A stretch of 64,000 bases of DNA from Cyanophora paradoxa CCMP329 (lineage: Eukaryota; Plantae; Glaucophyta), in NCBI GenBank assembly GCA_004431415.1, contig QPMI01000496.1, forward strand, positions 1 through 64,000, given 5' to 3'. The translations under genes and the position numbers were made by a program. Each line of letters opens with the position of its first letter. Position 1 is the first letter of the stretch. The notes beneath the pieces are model-generated. The model made no database searches. It was not told the DNA's origin and saw nothing but the letters and a program-made list of their open reading frames with translations. Positions 12,401 to 23,225 of this stretch are shown in pieces.

Positions 12401-13761
12401 CGGCACGTCACGGGACGACCGCATCACCATGACAGCTGAACTGGCACCCCCTTGCGGTACAGCGGAGGTCTCACAGAAGCCGACGGAGCAAATCCTAGCC
12501 GTTTCGGGCCCCACCTCTACATCGGTGACGACGAGGACGGAGCTCCTCCCGGACCATTTGAGGGCGTCGGGTTGTCCATCAACCCGCTGCGCGGCGCTCT
12601 ACAAGTCGACCCCCGATACCCGCGGACGTACCTGTACGACCAGGCGACGGGGACGATGGAGCAGCCCAGGCTGGTACGACGGCAGAACGCGGCCGCCGCG
12701 AATCCAAGTCTAGCCGGTACGAAGCCGAGGCCGAAGCGCATGAAGGAGACAGACCTCCCGAACGACGGCGAGAAGGAGCACAAATGGGCCCTGTGGATCA
12801 CACCGCGAACAATTGACGGTGCTCGGGTCGGCGGCAAGACGCCCGTCGTGATTGACAGGGGTGACACGGCTCGGGCACTTCGCCTTTGTCGCTTCGACGT
12901 CGCACCCGAGTTCAAGCCCCGTCTGCCCCAAACAGGAGTTCACCGCGTTCGCTTCCGGCGCGTCGCCCGAACACCACCGGTAGCGGGCAGCGACAGCGAC
13001 ACCACAAGCACGACTTCTCGAACTTCGGCACTAGCTCCACGCGGAAGTAAAGGAGCCCTCCCGCCTACCTTCTACTTCCGTGCACACTACCGTGACCTCT
13101 CCCAAACGCCTGTGGACACCTCGTACACGGAGTACAGCTGGGAACGCTTCGCGGCACACGGTCAGTCTCACGAGTCCATCCCCGTACTCTGGCCAGACCT
13201 CTGGGACGAAGACGGAACGAACTTCAGGACTGAATACGATTTGTATGACTGGAGCGCATTCCGAACACCGCATCAGCTCAATGCTGACGCCCTCGTGTCA
13301 TTGGCTGAGGATCTGCGAGCACGGCCGCCTGACCTCTCCAACTCGGCGGGAGCCTCCTTGGACGTCGTGCGCACACGCGCCCTGTTCACTCGCATGGCGT
13401 TCATCATGAACACTTTGGGGTTCACCGCGTGGGACGCGGTCAAACACGCCTCGCTCGTCTCCATCCATCGGGACCGCGCTCGATTTTACTTCAACTCGAT
13501 CCTGCAGGGCGACACCCGCCTACCTCACCAGTGGAAGACGCTGGTCAGCTACTTGCGCGAGGGCCTCAGTCGCCACGGCCATCATTACGCGGAATACGAC
13601 ACGCTCGTCGACTTCGATCCCAACCCTGACTCGGATGAGAGCATCGCTTACATCTGGTTTGGCCGGAAGACCAGCGTACACGCCCAATACCTCACAACAT
13701 CCCGAGACGAGGACTCGGATTCAGCCGGCAGGACCACAGCACTCGTCCTAGCAGCGGCCCG
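3481..13761 (+). CDS. ~10 kb uncharacterised coding region between Gag and protease (fragments of a probable single giant ORF)
   Basis: Chain of protein-like + strand ORFs (8243-8974, 8725-9363, 8999-10726, 10708-11385, 11469-12713, 12452-13786). From 8999 onward the reading frame steps consistently by -1. No family was confidently recognised. Confidence 0.7.
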
Positions 13762-14520
13762 GTGCCGTCCAACAGCACCCGCCTGATTCCAAACCGACCT
13801 CGAACCTTCGCGGCGGTACATGTTTTCAACAGAGCACATGAATCGGTCTCCAAGGTGGAGAAGACTGCCCGCATCCGGGTTGCCCGCCTCCCACCTGACG
13901 CCATCTCATCGTCACGACCTTTGACGACGCCAGTGGAACGGAGCTACCAGACAGCACTTCGTGTCCGCACGGCAAGAATGCTCGGTTGGCTGGGTGACAT
14001 CGTGTCTCCTAACGACATACCTACAGCCGAGGATACGGCAATTGGACGTCGAATCGCTCAGCTGACAAAACCCGACCGGACAATGAAGCAACGGATTGCA
14101 GATGGTCGCATCTGCGTGTCGGTGCGACTCGGGTCCTATGCACCAGGACGGAAAGTCGGACCGTCCGTCAAAACTCTGGCGTTGGTGGATACGGGCGCCG
14201 CAGCTGACGTGATTGACGGAGACCTCGCTGCGCGCATCGAGGGCCTCCGTTACAGCCGCGCGCCGCCAGTACAACTGACCGGATTTGGCGACGACATGAC
14301 GGCTTACGCTCGCATCGCCTACATGGCGGTCATGATTGGTCCCGTACGGTCGGTGAGAGAGGTCCTAGTGGTGGACAAGGGCCTCATGGGGTCTACTCAA
14401 ATGCTCCTTGGATTGGCGACGCTCATTGCCATGAACGCTCACATCTCGCTCGACCCGACTAACTGGGGAATGACGATCACGGCACCTGACGCCGACAATG
14501 GCGAACGATACCATGTCCCT
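13762..14520 (+). CDS. Retroviral-type aspartic protease domain
   Basis: LALVDTGAAADVI catalytic motif, LTGFG flap-like segment and MLLGLATL motif in ORF 13762-14823. Confidence 0.9.
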
Positions 14521-15599
14521 TTTTGCTTGCGGACCAGACCGACGGGGGCGTTCTGGTCCGCCTCGCCCAAGATGTCACCGTCGGGCCAGGCGAAGCTCTC
14601 GTTCGCTGTTACGTCTCGACGGGCCCTCAAGACGCGACTGACGATGCGCCGGAGATGCTCCTCACGCCGCCGCCGCACATTGTTGGAGACGACGACGGAG
14701 CCGACGACCCCGGTGAAGGAGATGAACCGCGTCATCTTGTCCCTCACCAAATACATCGACGTCCTCGAGGAGGAGCTTTCCTCGCTCAGGTCTGCAATCC
14801 ACAACGCCGACCCGTCCGCTTGAAAGCGGGACCGTCATCGCGGAGGCGGAATTCGGCAAGTGGCCCGAGAGCGAGTTCCGACCCACGACGACGTCCATCG
14901 ATACCCGACGGGTACTTACAAGACCTGGTCGAGTGACGAGAAGCGCAAGTTCCCCATCTCTTCCATTGCCGTCCAAATCCTCTCCAATGTGCAACCCGTG
15001 ATTGTACCTGGGCGATCACAGCCTCGACGTTACGTATCCCGAGTGCACGAACAGTACCCCTCTGTTTTTGCACGGCCACCACAACCCAGACCGAGGACCA
15101 AGGCCTAGACCCGCTCACAGAGCGGCGCCGACGCCCCAGTCCTCACTTCCGAAGCTCAAACCCAACTCTCACGCTTCGTGACTGCGTTCGTCACGCGATA
15201 CACCGAGAATCACGCGCGATTCTGACGCCATCGGAGATCAACGAGTTGTGCAAGATCTTCGAACCCCACTTTGCCGATACCTATCGGCAAGGCAGGCCCT
15301 CCTCAGCCCTGTATGCATCACGTTTGCCCCGACCACGCCGTCGGCGCAACCGCGTTGCATCACCATCTCCTCCGCTTCACCCGCCGAACCCCACGCAATG
15401 GAACCTCCTTCGAGCGCCAACGCCACCCCCCACCACAGACGGAGGAGGAGGTCCGACAACTCGTCGACGATCTCATGCAGCCGTCGAAAGACGACAACGA
15501 TGTGACGGAGGAGGAGCGTGACCAACTACGTAGCCTCTTCACACGGATGGCGCACTGCTTCGCGCAGCGCATCAACCCAAAGAGCTACTGAAGTACCGT

Positions 15600-17054
15600 C
15601 ACAGCATCCGACTCCTCCCCGGCGTACCTACGAAGCATCTGCCTTTGTACAGCGTGCCCCGGCGCCTCTCTCCCCTGCTGAGAAGGCGGCCAAAGCCGAA
15701 ATCGAACGACTGCTGCAAGATGGTCTGATCGAACCCTCCCAAGCTGGATACGGTTCCCAGTGGTACTGGCGCCCAAGAAGGACGGGACAATGAGATTTTG
15801 CGTCGATTACCGCAAGCTGAATTCGCTCACGGAGCGCGACGTCTTTCCTCTCCGAGAATAGACGATCAACTCGAACGCCTGCAAGGCGCGACGTACTTCT
15901 CGACGTGTGACGCCACCTCCGGGTTCTGGCAGCTTGAACTCGACGAAGAATCCAGGCCTCTGACGACGTTTATCGTGCCCTGGGGCATGTACCAATGGCG
16001 AGTTACCCCGTTTGGTATTACGAACGGACCAGCGGCGTTCTGTCGAGCAGTGACATCGATCTTGGGCAATCTGCTGTCGACAAGCGTTGTCGCTTACGTT
16101 GATGACCTCACGGTCCACTCCCCGACGGCCTCACAACACCTTGTCGACCTTGAGGCTTTCTTCGCCGCGATCGAGCGAGGAAACCTCAAGCTCAAACCGT
16201 CCAAATGCCGTTTCATGGTGAAAGAGATCGACCTACTCGGACACCGTGTCAGCCGCAACGGCGTGAAGATGGACAAGACCAAGATGGCCCTCATCGAGAA
16301 GACCCAGGAAAAAGATCTCGGAACTGTCGAGTCCATTCGCAGCTTCATCGGCATGACTGGATTCTACAGACGGTTCATTCGCAACTACGCGAAGCGGGAA
16401 CTGCCCCTACGCGACCTAGTCACGCGAGCAACACGAGCTGACTCGCTGACGGTCACCTGGGACGATGACGCTCGACGGGCGCTGGACGACCTCAAGGCCG
16501 CCATCATGGAGGATGTCGCACTACTCTTACCCGACTTTGCCAAACCATTCGTCATCCACACGGACTGGAGCAAGCGCGCCATGGGGGCGGTCCTCATGCA
16601 GGCTGACGACTGCGGACGAGAGCGTCCCATCGCTTTCATCAGCAGGACCCTGACTGCGACGGAGCGCAAGTTTCAAAGTCCGACGGAAGGGGAATGCATC
16701 GCGGTACTCTGGGCGGTGAAAGTGTGGAGCCATTACTTCGAGTGCGGGCACCCATTTACAGTCCGGACCGATCACTCGGCACTCCAATGGTTGAAGTCAC
16801 AGGACGTGACGAACAACAAGGCGCTCTGTCGAGCGGCGCTGGGACTTCAGGGCTACAACTACACCATCGAGTACCGCGCGGGGCGCACCAACGTTGTTGC
16901 AGACTTCGAGTCGCGTCTGGAACCGTCACACGACCTCTTCCTCCAGGAGCGGGTGACGGCTCAGACCTCACGACTGACATCCCCGACGGAGCTCGAGGAT
17001 TCGGTGTACCCCGCCGAGGCGATCTCGACGACCCAACCCAGCTCTTCGCGGTAG
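15600..17054 (+). CDS. pol: Reverse transcriptase and RNase H (Gypsy-type Pol), with frameshifts near 15750-15860
   Basis: [55 protein letters not shown]; RNase H motifs [29 protein letters not shown] and NVVADFESR. Confidence 0.95.
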
Positions 17055-17431
17055 CCCCCACGGACACGCTCGACGGGCCAGCATGGGCGTTGGCGCCGGG
17101 AGCGAAGCGGCGTCGCCAAGCGCCCCCTGTAGACGAGCATCGACCCGTTGGCCAACGGCTCGGTCCCTCCTCTACAGCACCCAGCCGCCGACGTCACCCC
17201 CAGTTCGCGACGGCGAATTCGGCCCGACGGCGACAGTGACACCGGTGACGAGGACGAGAGTGCACAGCCCCTCCGCCCCGACGCACTCGCACTGAGCCTT
17301 CGCTACCACCCCACGCGGACGGAGCTCAGTCTCAGGGACAAGAGGGCTGCCCAGCCCCGTGCCCCTTTCCCGAAGCGACCACGTGGACGCCCGCGGAAAC
17401 TCCCCCTCCTCCCCCTCTAAACGACTCGTAC

Positions 17432-19666
17432 TTGCGAGCTTTGGAATCCGAACGAGATCGGAAACGCCTCCAGGCGCAAGCTGGCCCTTCTACCTCGTCC
17501 GTCGGCAACGGAATCCCCGCTCCACCTCCGCGCGACCCGCTCACCGAGCGGCTTGCACGTGGTGAGCGAGACAAGGCGAAGACGACAACCAAGCAGCAAC
17601 GCCGCGAGTCAGAGGAGCAGTACAAGCAGGCCCTCGATAACCGCCGCGAGCAGCTGTCAGACCAGGCCAAGAGTCGTCACGATGCCAACCGCCGCTCGTG
17701 CAACCGACCGGAACCGCCGACCAAGTCGACGCGACGCGAAGCGAGGAACGCCGACTGGGAAGCGTGGAAGCAGTCAGCAGACACCCCTCAGCGGGCCGCA
17801 GACCTGCCCCCTCGCCTCCCAGGGAGGAGATCTCGATCCTCTCGCCACTCCATTGCGCCCCCCGCCGTTCTCGACGTCGCCGACGAAGCTGAGTACGAGG
17901 CGTACTTACAGCAGCAACGCGACTCTGGAATTCCTCAGCCTACTCCGATGAGCACCGACGCTGTCGCGCCGCTGGACAAGTCTCCTATTGGCCCTGCCGG
18001 AGGAGACCGCAACAAGCCCGCAGTCATCCATCTACCTGACGACGTGGTGGTGGAAGATACGTGGCTGCAGGGACCCCGACCACTGGTCGACGTCCCCGTA
18101 CCACCGTCTGTCGCCAAACTCGCTGTCGACGGCGCCGCCGTCGTTGCAGCACAGGCGGAGGACCCGCTCTGTCAACTGCTGCGAGCCTTCATCTGCAAGG
18201 GCGAGAACAACGCCATGTGCCTTCGGCACCGGCGAGCGGCGACGGTAGAAACAGAGATTGTGCAGCAATGCATTCACTGCGAGTCTGCGAGACGACGGTT
18301 CGCTCGTGAAGCCGAGGGCTACACGATCGATGAGGAGGGCACTGTCCTTCGGCTACCATTCCTGCCTACCATGCGAGCTCAAATCCTCGTTCCCCCGTCG
18401 TGGCGACGCACCTTCCTCGAGGTGTATCACGACGGGTGGGCACACCGCGGCGCTCCCATTGTGGCGCGGCGTATCGCGTCTCGTTTCTGGTGGCCGGGGA
18501 TGACGAACGCTGTTCACCGCTTCGTGAAAACGTGCCGACACTGCCAGTTCGCGAAGGCGCAACGCCGCCCGAGAGTCCAACACATGGTGCTGGAATCCGC
18601 GCATCCTGGGGACTTGAGGCAGGTCGACCTGTTCCCCATGGAACCTCACAGGCGCGGGGTCCACCTCTTCACCGGCGTGATAGTCGACGTCGACGCCTTC
18701 ACCAAGTTCCCGGAGATTATCATGTACACCGCGGCTGACGGCCAGGCCCTGGAGATGGCGGCACAGATCATCTTCGCGGCTAACGGTGCTCCCAAGCGTT
18801 ACCTCTCTGACAACGGGACGGTCCTCGGACCGAAGTCTCTTTGGGGAACCTTCTGGCGAGCCAAGGGTACGCGCATGATCTACACTGGGATCAACCACCA
18901 ATCTACCAACGGTGGCGCTGAGCGTCTGGGCGGCATCTACAAGCGATTGGTGTACGCGATGTGCGACGAGAACCACGAGCCTCGCGCTCACTGGCCCTTC
19001 CATCATTACAAAGTTCTCTTTGCCTTGAGGACAACAATCCATGCGGCGACTGGGTTCTCGCCGGCAGTCTTACACTACGGGCGCGAACTGCTCCTACCCG
19101 ATGAGCTTCGACTCGATCTGGTACTGCGGGAACCAAACGAAGAGTCGATCTCTCTGTACGAGTACGCGCTGTCGGCGGCGAGGGCCGCTAAGGATCGGAT
19201 CACTGCGGTGGCCGAGCACCGGCGTCTTTACAACGAGAAGTTGCTCCGTTACGGGACTGGCCGCGAGCCTACCTATGTCTTCCAGCCTGGCGACAAGGTG
19301 TTGGTGTGGATTATCACTGCCAAGACTAGCGCGCGAATCAAGGGGCCGAGGAATGGCTGGACGGGTCCCTACGTGGTGCAGGAGATCCATTCCCGAGGCC
19401 TTCTGTACACTGTACGCGGGGAGCCATCGTCGAACATGCATCGATCCCAGTCGATCCTTGTTCACGTTGACCTCATGATCCCCTTTTACGATCGGCCGGC
19501 CGACGTGGCAGAGCCTCGACGTCAGGGCCGACCGCCTCGAGCCGCTCCCCTCCGGCCGCGAGCGATCCCGACGCCATTGATGGAGCTGTACCCCTTGACG
19601 ACGAGGTCGAAGAGGACGAGGTCGTGGTACCCCGGAACCTGTCGGCGAGGCCGTCGTTGTAGATGA
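17432..19666 (+). CDS. Integrase with a long N-terminal linker
   Basis: HHCC (YHDGWAHRG...CRHC), catalytic QVDL / SDNGT / NGGAERL, and GPY/F module (FQPGDKVLV...WTGPYVV). No C-terminal chromodomain seen. Confidence 0.93.
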   Translation: MRALESERDRKRLQAQAGPSTSSVGNGIPAPPPRDPLTERLARGERDKAKTTTKQQRRESEEQYKQALDNRREQLSDQAKSRHDANRRSCNRPEPPTKSTRREARNADWEAWKQSADTPQRAADLPPRLPGRRSRSSRHSIAPPAVLDVADEAEYEAYLQQQRDSGIPQPTPMSTDAVAPLDKSPIGPAGGDRNKPAVIHLPDDVVVEDTWLQGPRPLVDVPVPPSVAKLAVDGAAVVAAQAEDPLCQLLRAFICKGENNAMCLRHRRAATVETEIVQQCIHCESARRRFAREAEGYTIDEEGTVLRLPFLPTMRAQILVPPSWRRTFLEVYHDGWAHRGAPIVARRIASRFWWPGMTNAVHRFVKTCRHCQFAKAQRRPRVQHMVLESAHPGDLRQVDLFPMEPHRRGVHLFTGVIVDVDAFTKFPEIIMYTAADGQALEMAAQIIFAANGAPKRYLSDNGTVLGPKSLWGTFWRAKGTRMIYTGINHQSTNGGAERLGGIYKRLVYAMCDENHEPRAHWPFHHYKVLFALRTTIHAATGFSPAVLHYGRELLLPDELRLDLVLREPNEESISLYEYALSAARAAKDRITAVAEHRRLYNEKLLRYGTGREPTYVFQPGDKVLVWIITAKTSARIKGPRNGWTGPYVVQEIHSRGLLYTVRGEPSSNMHRSQSILVHVDLMIPFYDRPADVAEPRRQGRPPRAAPLRPRAIPTPLMELYPLTTRSKRTRSWYPGTCRRGRRCR

Positions 19667-20107
19667 CTGTGATGTTGACTCTGAGGATGGAGATGCTGAC
19701 GCCACCTCGGCGTGAGTCGATTGCCACACGTGACGCGGCCACGGCTGCCTCACGCTGATCAGTCGACGTTAACGGTTGGGATCCTTTCTGAGCGATGACA
19801 AATTGGATGGTGATTTGCTCCCCGTCTCTGAGGCGGTGCACCCTGCACGCGCGCTCCCCTGGAATGTGTGGCCCTGGGTTTCCCTGCTACCATTCTGAGA
19901 CGAGGCGAGTACCGGATCATGCCGGACCGATGTCGCGGGCCGAGGGCCATTGCTCGCGCTAAACTAAAACTTTTCCTTTGCGCAGCGAGCGGCTGGGTAG
20001 CGGCTGTACACCGCTGCTTGGTTTTGCTCTGTCAAGGCTGCAGCGGGGCCTCGGGGCCCGTAAGTCTGTCGGGACGGCCGCCTGGTGTGGCCGCGAGGAC
20101 GCGACCT

Positions 20108-20120
20108 AGGGACAAGAGGG
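20108..20120 (+). other. Polypurine tract of the giant Gypsy element
   Basis: AGGGACAAGAGGG lies one nt upstream of the TGTTG LTR start. Confidence 0.65.
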
Positions 20121-20121
20121 C

Positions 20122-20395
20122 TGTTGCCACTGTAGTTTAGCTTGCATTCAGGCCTTCGAGCCACTCTGTAGTATAGTGCTAGTGCGCGGGCTGAGGCTGT
20201 AGCACTTCTCAATAGCTCATAGACTTGCCGGTACCTCCGCAGTACCTAGGACTCCTCCGGCGTTGCCGGTTCGTAGACAGATTCTGTACCCCCCCCTACG
20301 TTGTTCGATACCCCCTCAGTCCTGTAAGAAGCCCAGCTGCGACCCGTTCGTGCTACGCCTGCGCGCCTGCTGCCTAGGCATGGGGCTGGGATCAC
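20122..20395 (+). repeat. 3' LTR (~274 bp, TG...CA)
   Basis: Starts TGTTGCCA after the PPT and ends GGGATCACA; direct repeat of 1-260. Identity continues ~26 nt further, to 20422. Confidence 0.85.
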
Positions 20396-20828
20396 ATTGG
20401 GACACTAACTAAGCCTATTTGAACATATTCATACATGTCGCAGCTCTGCCCTTTGTGGCATCTGCATGTCTTGTTTTTTGCTTTGAAAATCGCCTATGGC
20501 GTGCACTTACATCGACATTTATTGATTGCAAATTGTCAGGACAGCTCTGCCCTCGCGTGGCATCTGTTGCTGTATTTCTTTTCAGTGCACGGCACTAGTG
20601 CATACTCCCTCGCCGGAGATGGAGATTCGGTCGCCATTTTTCTTTCCCTTGCGCAGTTCAAGCATCTGGAGTTCAGGCACGCCTCCCCCCATAAATCGCT
20701 CGTTGCACTGACTGGCGACCGAACGCATCGATGGCATTATACATACGCATTTTACATATATGTGTGCTTCTGTGTGCCGTTAGAGGCCTTGCACTCGTCT
20801 GCAGGCTCTCGGCCTTCGCTCTTTTGCT

Positions 20829-20889
20829 CTTCATGGCAATTGTACAAGTAGTACCTCAATTGCAATATACGAAATGAGCGCTGTCCGAA
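20829..20889 (+). repeat. 61-bp direct repeat, internal copy (B1-like split repeat)
   Basis: CTTCATGGCAATTGTACAAG...GAGCGCTGTCCGAA, identical to 29945-30005. Confidence 0.9.
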
Positions 20890-21241
20890 TAGTTGTTATA
20901 CGAGGAACGTAGTATAACGTACTTCGGACAGCGTGAATAATGTATATTGTTACATAAATTTCGCACTCTTTGTTGCTTCGCAACAAGTACTTCTTGGGTA
21001 CTTGTTGCACCTGCAACAAGTCCTACGAGCTTCCTAAGAGCTGCAGCAGTGAGCTATCGCTGCAGCTGCTGCAGCTTCTCTTCAGAGTTGCTTGATAGCA
21101 GCTTCGCTTCTTGCTCCCACCCAACCCTCCCTAAATATATGGATGCTGTTCTGCTGTCTATATAATTCCCTCCCCTTGCGTGCGGCCTCGAGCCTGCATT
21201 CTCGTGCACTATTAATTGCGTGCTGTTGTTTTTTCTGTCAG

Positions 21242-23143
21242 GTTTTACTGCTCGCTGTCTCGGAAGTGCGGATGCCTTGGCGGCATGGCGTGCAATCGGA
21301 ACAAGTGATTACATCCTTTCATGGCTTCAGAACGGCTACCCTCTTGCTGGCGTCGAGCATCTGCCTCCTAGTGTACATTACAATGCTGGTCAATCTCAGC
21401 GCCCTCGTGAGAGTACTTTCATTCGGGCAGAAATTCAGAAGCTGCTCGGTACCGGCGCTATTCGGGTGGCCCCAAGCCCCCGAAAATTGTTTGCTCGCTA
21501 TTTACGGTTCCAAAGAAGACTGGTGATAAGCTCAGACTGATTTGGGATGGCCGCCCAACAAATCGAGGTCTTCCTCCTGTCCCTTTTCGCTATGAAAATA
21601 TGCGCGAGGTCATCGCCTTGCTGCGACCTGGCTGGTTTATGTTTACTATCGACCTCGAGTCGGGATATCATCATGTACCGGTAGACCCGCAATATTTCTC
21701 GTACCTGGGCTTCCAGTACGATAGTACTTTCTTCGAATACACCGTTTTACCCTTCGGGCTCTCACATGCCCCATATGCATTCACCAAGATCATACGTCAG
21801 GTCATTAAATTTCTCCGCGCACACGGTATTACCGTGGTATCGTATGTAGATGATTTCTGGTTTGCGGCTCCCACGTACCAGGCCGCTGTTAATCTTCGCA
21901 ATTTCATTCTCGATCTTTTTCGCCACCTGCACTTATTCATTAATGAGAAATCGGCCCTTGAGCCTGCACAGCGTGTCGAATTTTTAGGGTTTATTGTAGA
22001 TTCCACATCTATGATGTTTGAGGTCCCTCTGCAGAAGCTTAGTAAGCTTCAGGACCGGCTAAAGGACGCAGCTAAGCGCATCCAGTCGTGCCAGGCTAGA
22101 GGCGTGCAATTTCAGATGTCAGCTCGTACACTCGCTTCGATTGTCGGTGTGCTTATGTCAATGGCCTTAGCTATTGCACCCGCTCGCATTCATACTCGAT
22201 CCATTTATCGCAACATTGATATTACCCAGCGACAATTTCGGTGGAATGCCCCGGCGGTGGTATCGCCGGAGGCCCAGGAGGAGCTTCTGTGGTGGCATGC
22301 AAATCTCGCCCGCTATAATGGGCGGTGTGCCATCCGGCCAGAGCGAATTTTCGTTGTTACGACGGATGCCAGCAAGATCGGTCTTGGTGGTTTTGTCACC
22401 ACCGAGGTTGGCGATATCTCATTCCAACAACAGTGGACTCCTGCAGAGTCGGCCCAGACGCCTGCATGGCGTGAGATGACCGCCATTATTCGTGCTCTGC
22501 ATCATTTCAGTCCTTACCTGCAGCACGTTAATTTACTAGTTCGCTCAGATAACACAAATGCAGTGCAGTACATTCTTAATGGTGGCGGTCGTAGCCCCGA
22601 GCTTACATTAATCGCCAAGGAAATTTGGAATTTCGCCTTGCAAAATTGTGCCTTCATGGATGCTGAGTGGATACCTGGAGAAACCAATAATTTCGCCGAT
22701 TATCTTAGTCGCTGGTTTGCCCCTGCTGACTATCAGCTTTCCGATGCTGTTTTCCGTCGCATTGTTAACAGATATGGCTTGCCTGATGTCGATCGAATGG
22801 CATTAGCTTCCTCTGCACGTGTCCCTCGCTATAATAGCATTGATCCTTTTGACCGCCTTGCAGAGGCAGTAGACTGCTTCACTGTTGATTGGTCTCGTGA
22901 TTTTAATTATGTTTTCCCCGACCCTGCAGTCCTACTGCGGGTGGTTCGTCATGCTCAAGCTTGTCGAGCTCGGATGATTGTTGTAGTACCCGAATGGCCC
23001 TCACAGCCATGGTGGCCTATCTTGCAGGCTGCAGCTGTGGAGCCCCTCTGCATCTTGGTCGGGGCCACACAGTATGCCTTTTCGGTCCAACTCGTGCTGC
23101 TCTTCCTGAGTGGCTGCTCCTCGCTTTTCTAGTTCAGTTTTAG
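21242..23143 (+). CDS. DIRS-type reverse transcriptase / RNase H / DNA adenine-methyltransferase-like polyprotein (frameshifts near 21480 and 23045)
   Basis: ILSWLQNGY, EIQKLLGTGAI, IDLESGYHHV, LPFGLSHAPYAFTK, SYVDDF; RNase H TTDASKIGLGG, WREM, RSDNT, NNFADYLSR; MT-like VDCFTVDWSRDFNYVFPDP...VVPEWPSQPWW. Confidence 0.92.
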
Positions 23144-23225
23144 CTGTACCCAATTGCAAATTAGTGTCAAATAATTATAAATGCAATCGAGCGCACACCC
23201 TCATGCTTCTAACCATACCCTGCAG

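Larger units (their letters stand above)
1..20395 (+). mobile_element. Giant Ty3/Gypsy (Metaviridae-like) LTR retrotransposon, ~20.4 kb; 5' LTR cut by window edge
   Basis: Direct terminal repeats at 1-260 and 20122-20395. Gag CCHC knuckles at ~3229-3327. Pol order PR (DTG, 14188) - RT (YVDD, 16095) - RNase H - IN (HHCC, D,D,E, GPY/F) is diagnostic of Ty3/Gypsy. Purine tract precedes the 3' LTR. Confidence 0.95.

Noticed and set aside
13060-13150. Second chromodomain-like motif (FYFRAHYRDL...EYSWE)
   Set aside because: The spacing and aromatic-cage residues fit poorly; too weak to call without a profile search.
8974-14523. Programmed ribosomal frameshifting between the cargo ORFs
   Set aside because: There are too many shifts, including within conserved RT, YR and LTR sequence. 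Single-base deletion errors or decay are more parsimonious.
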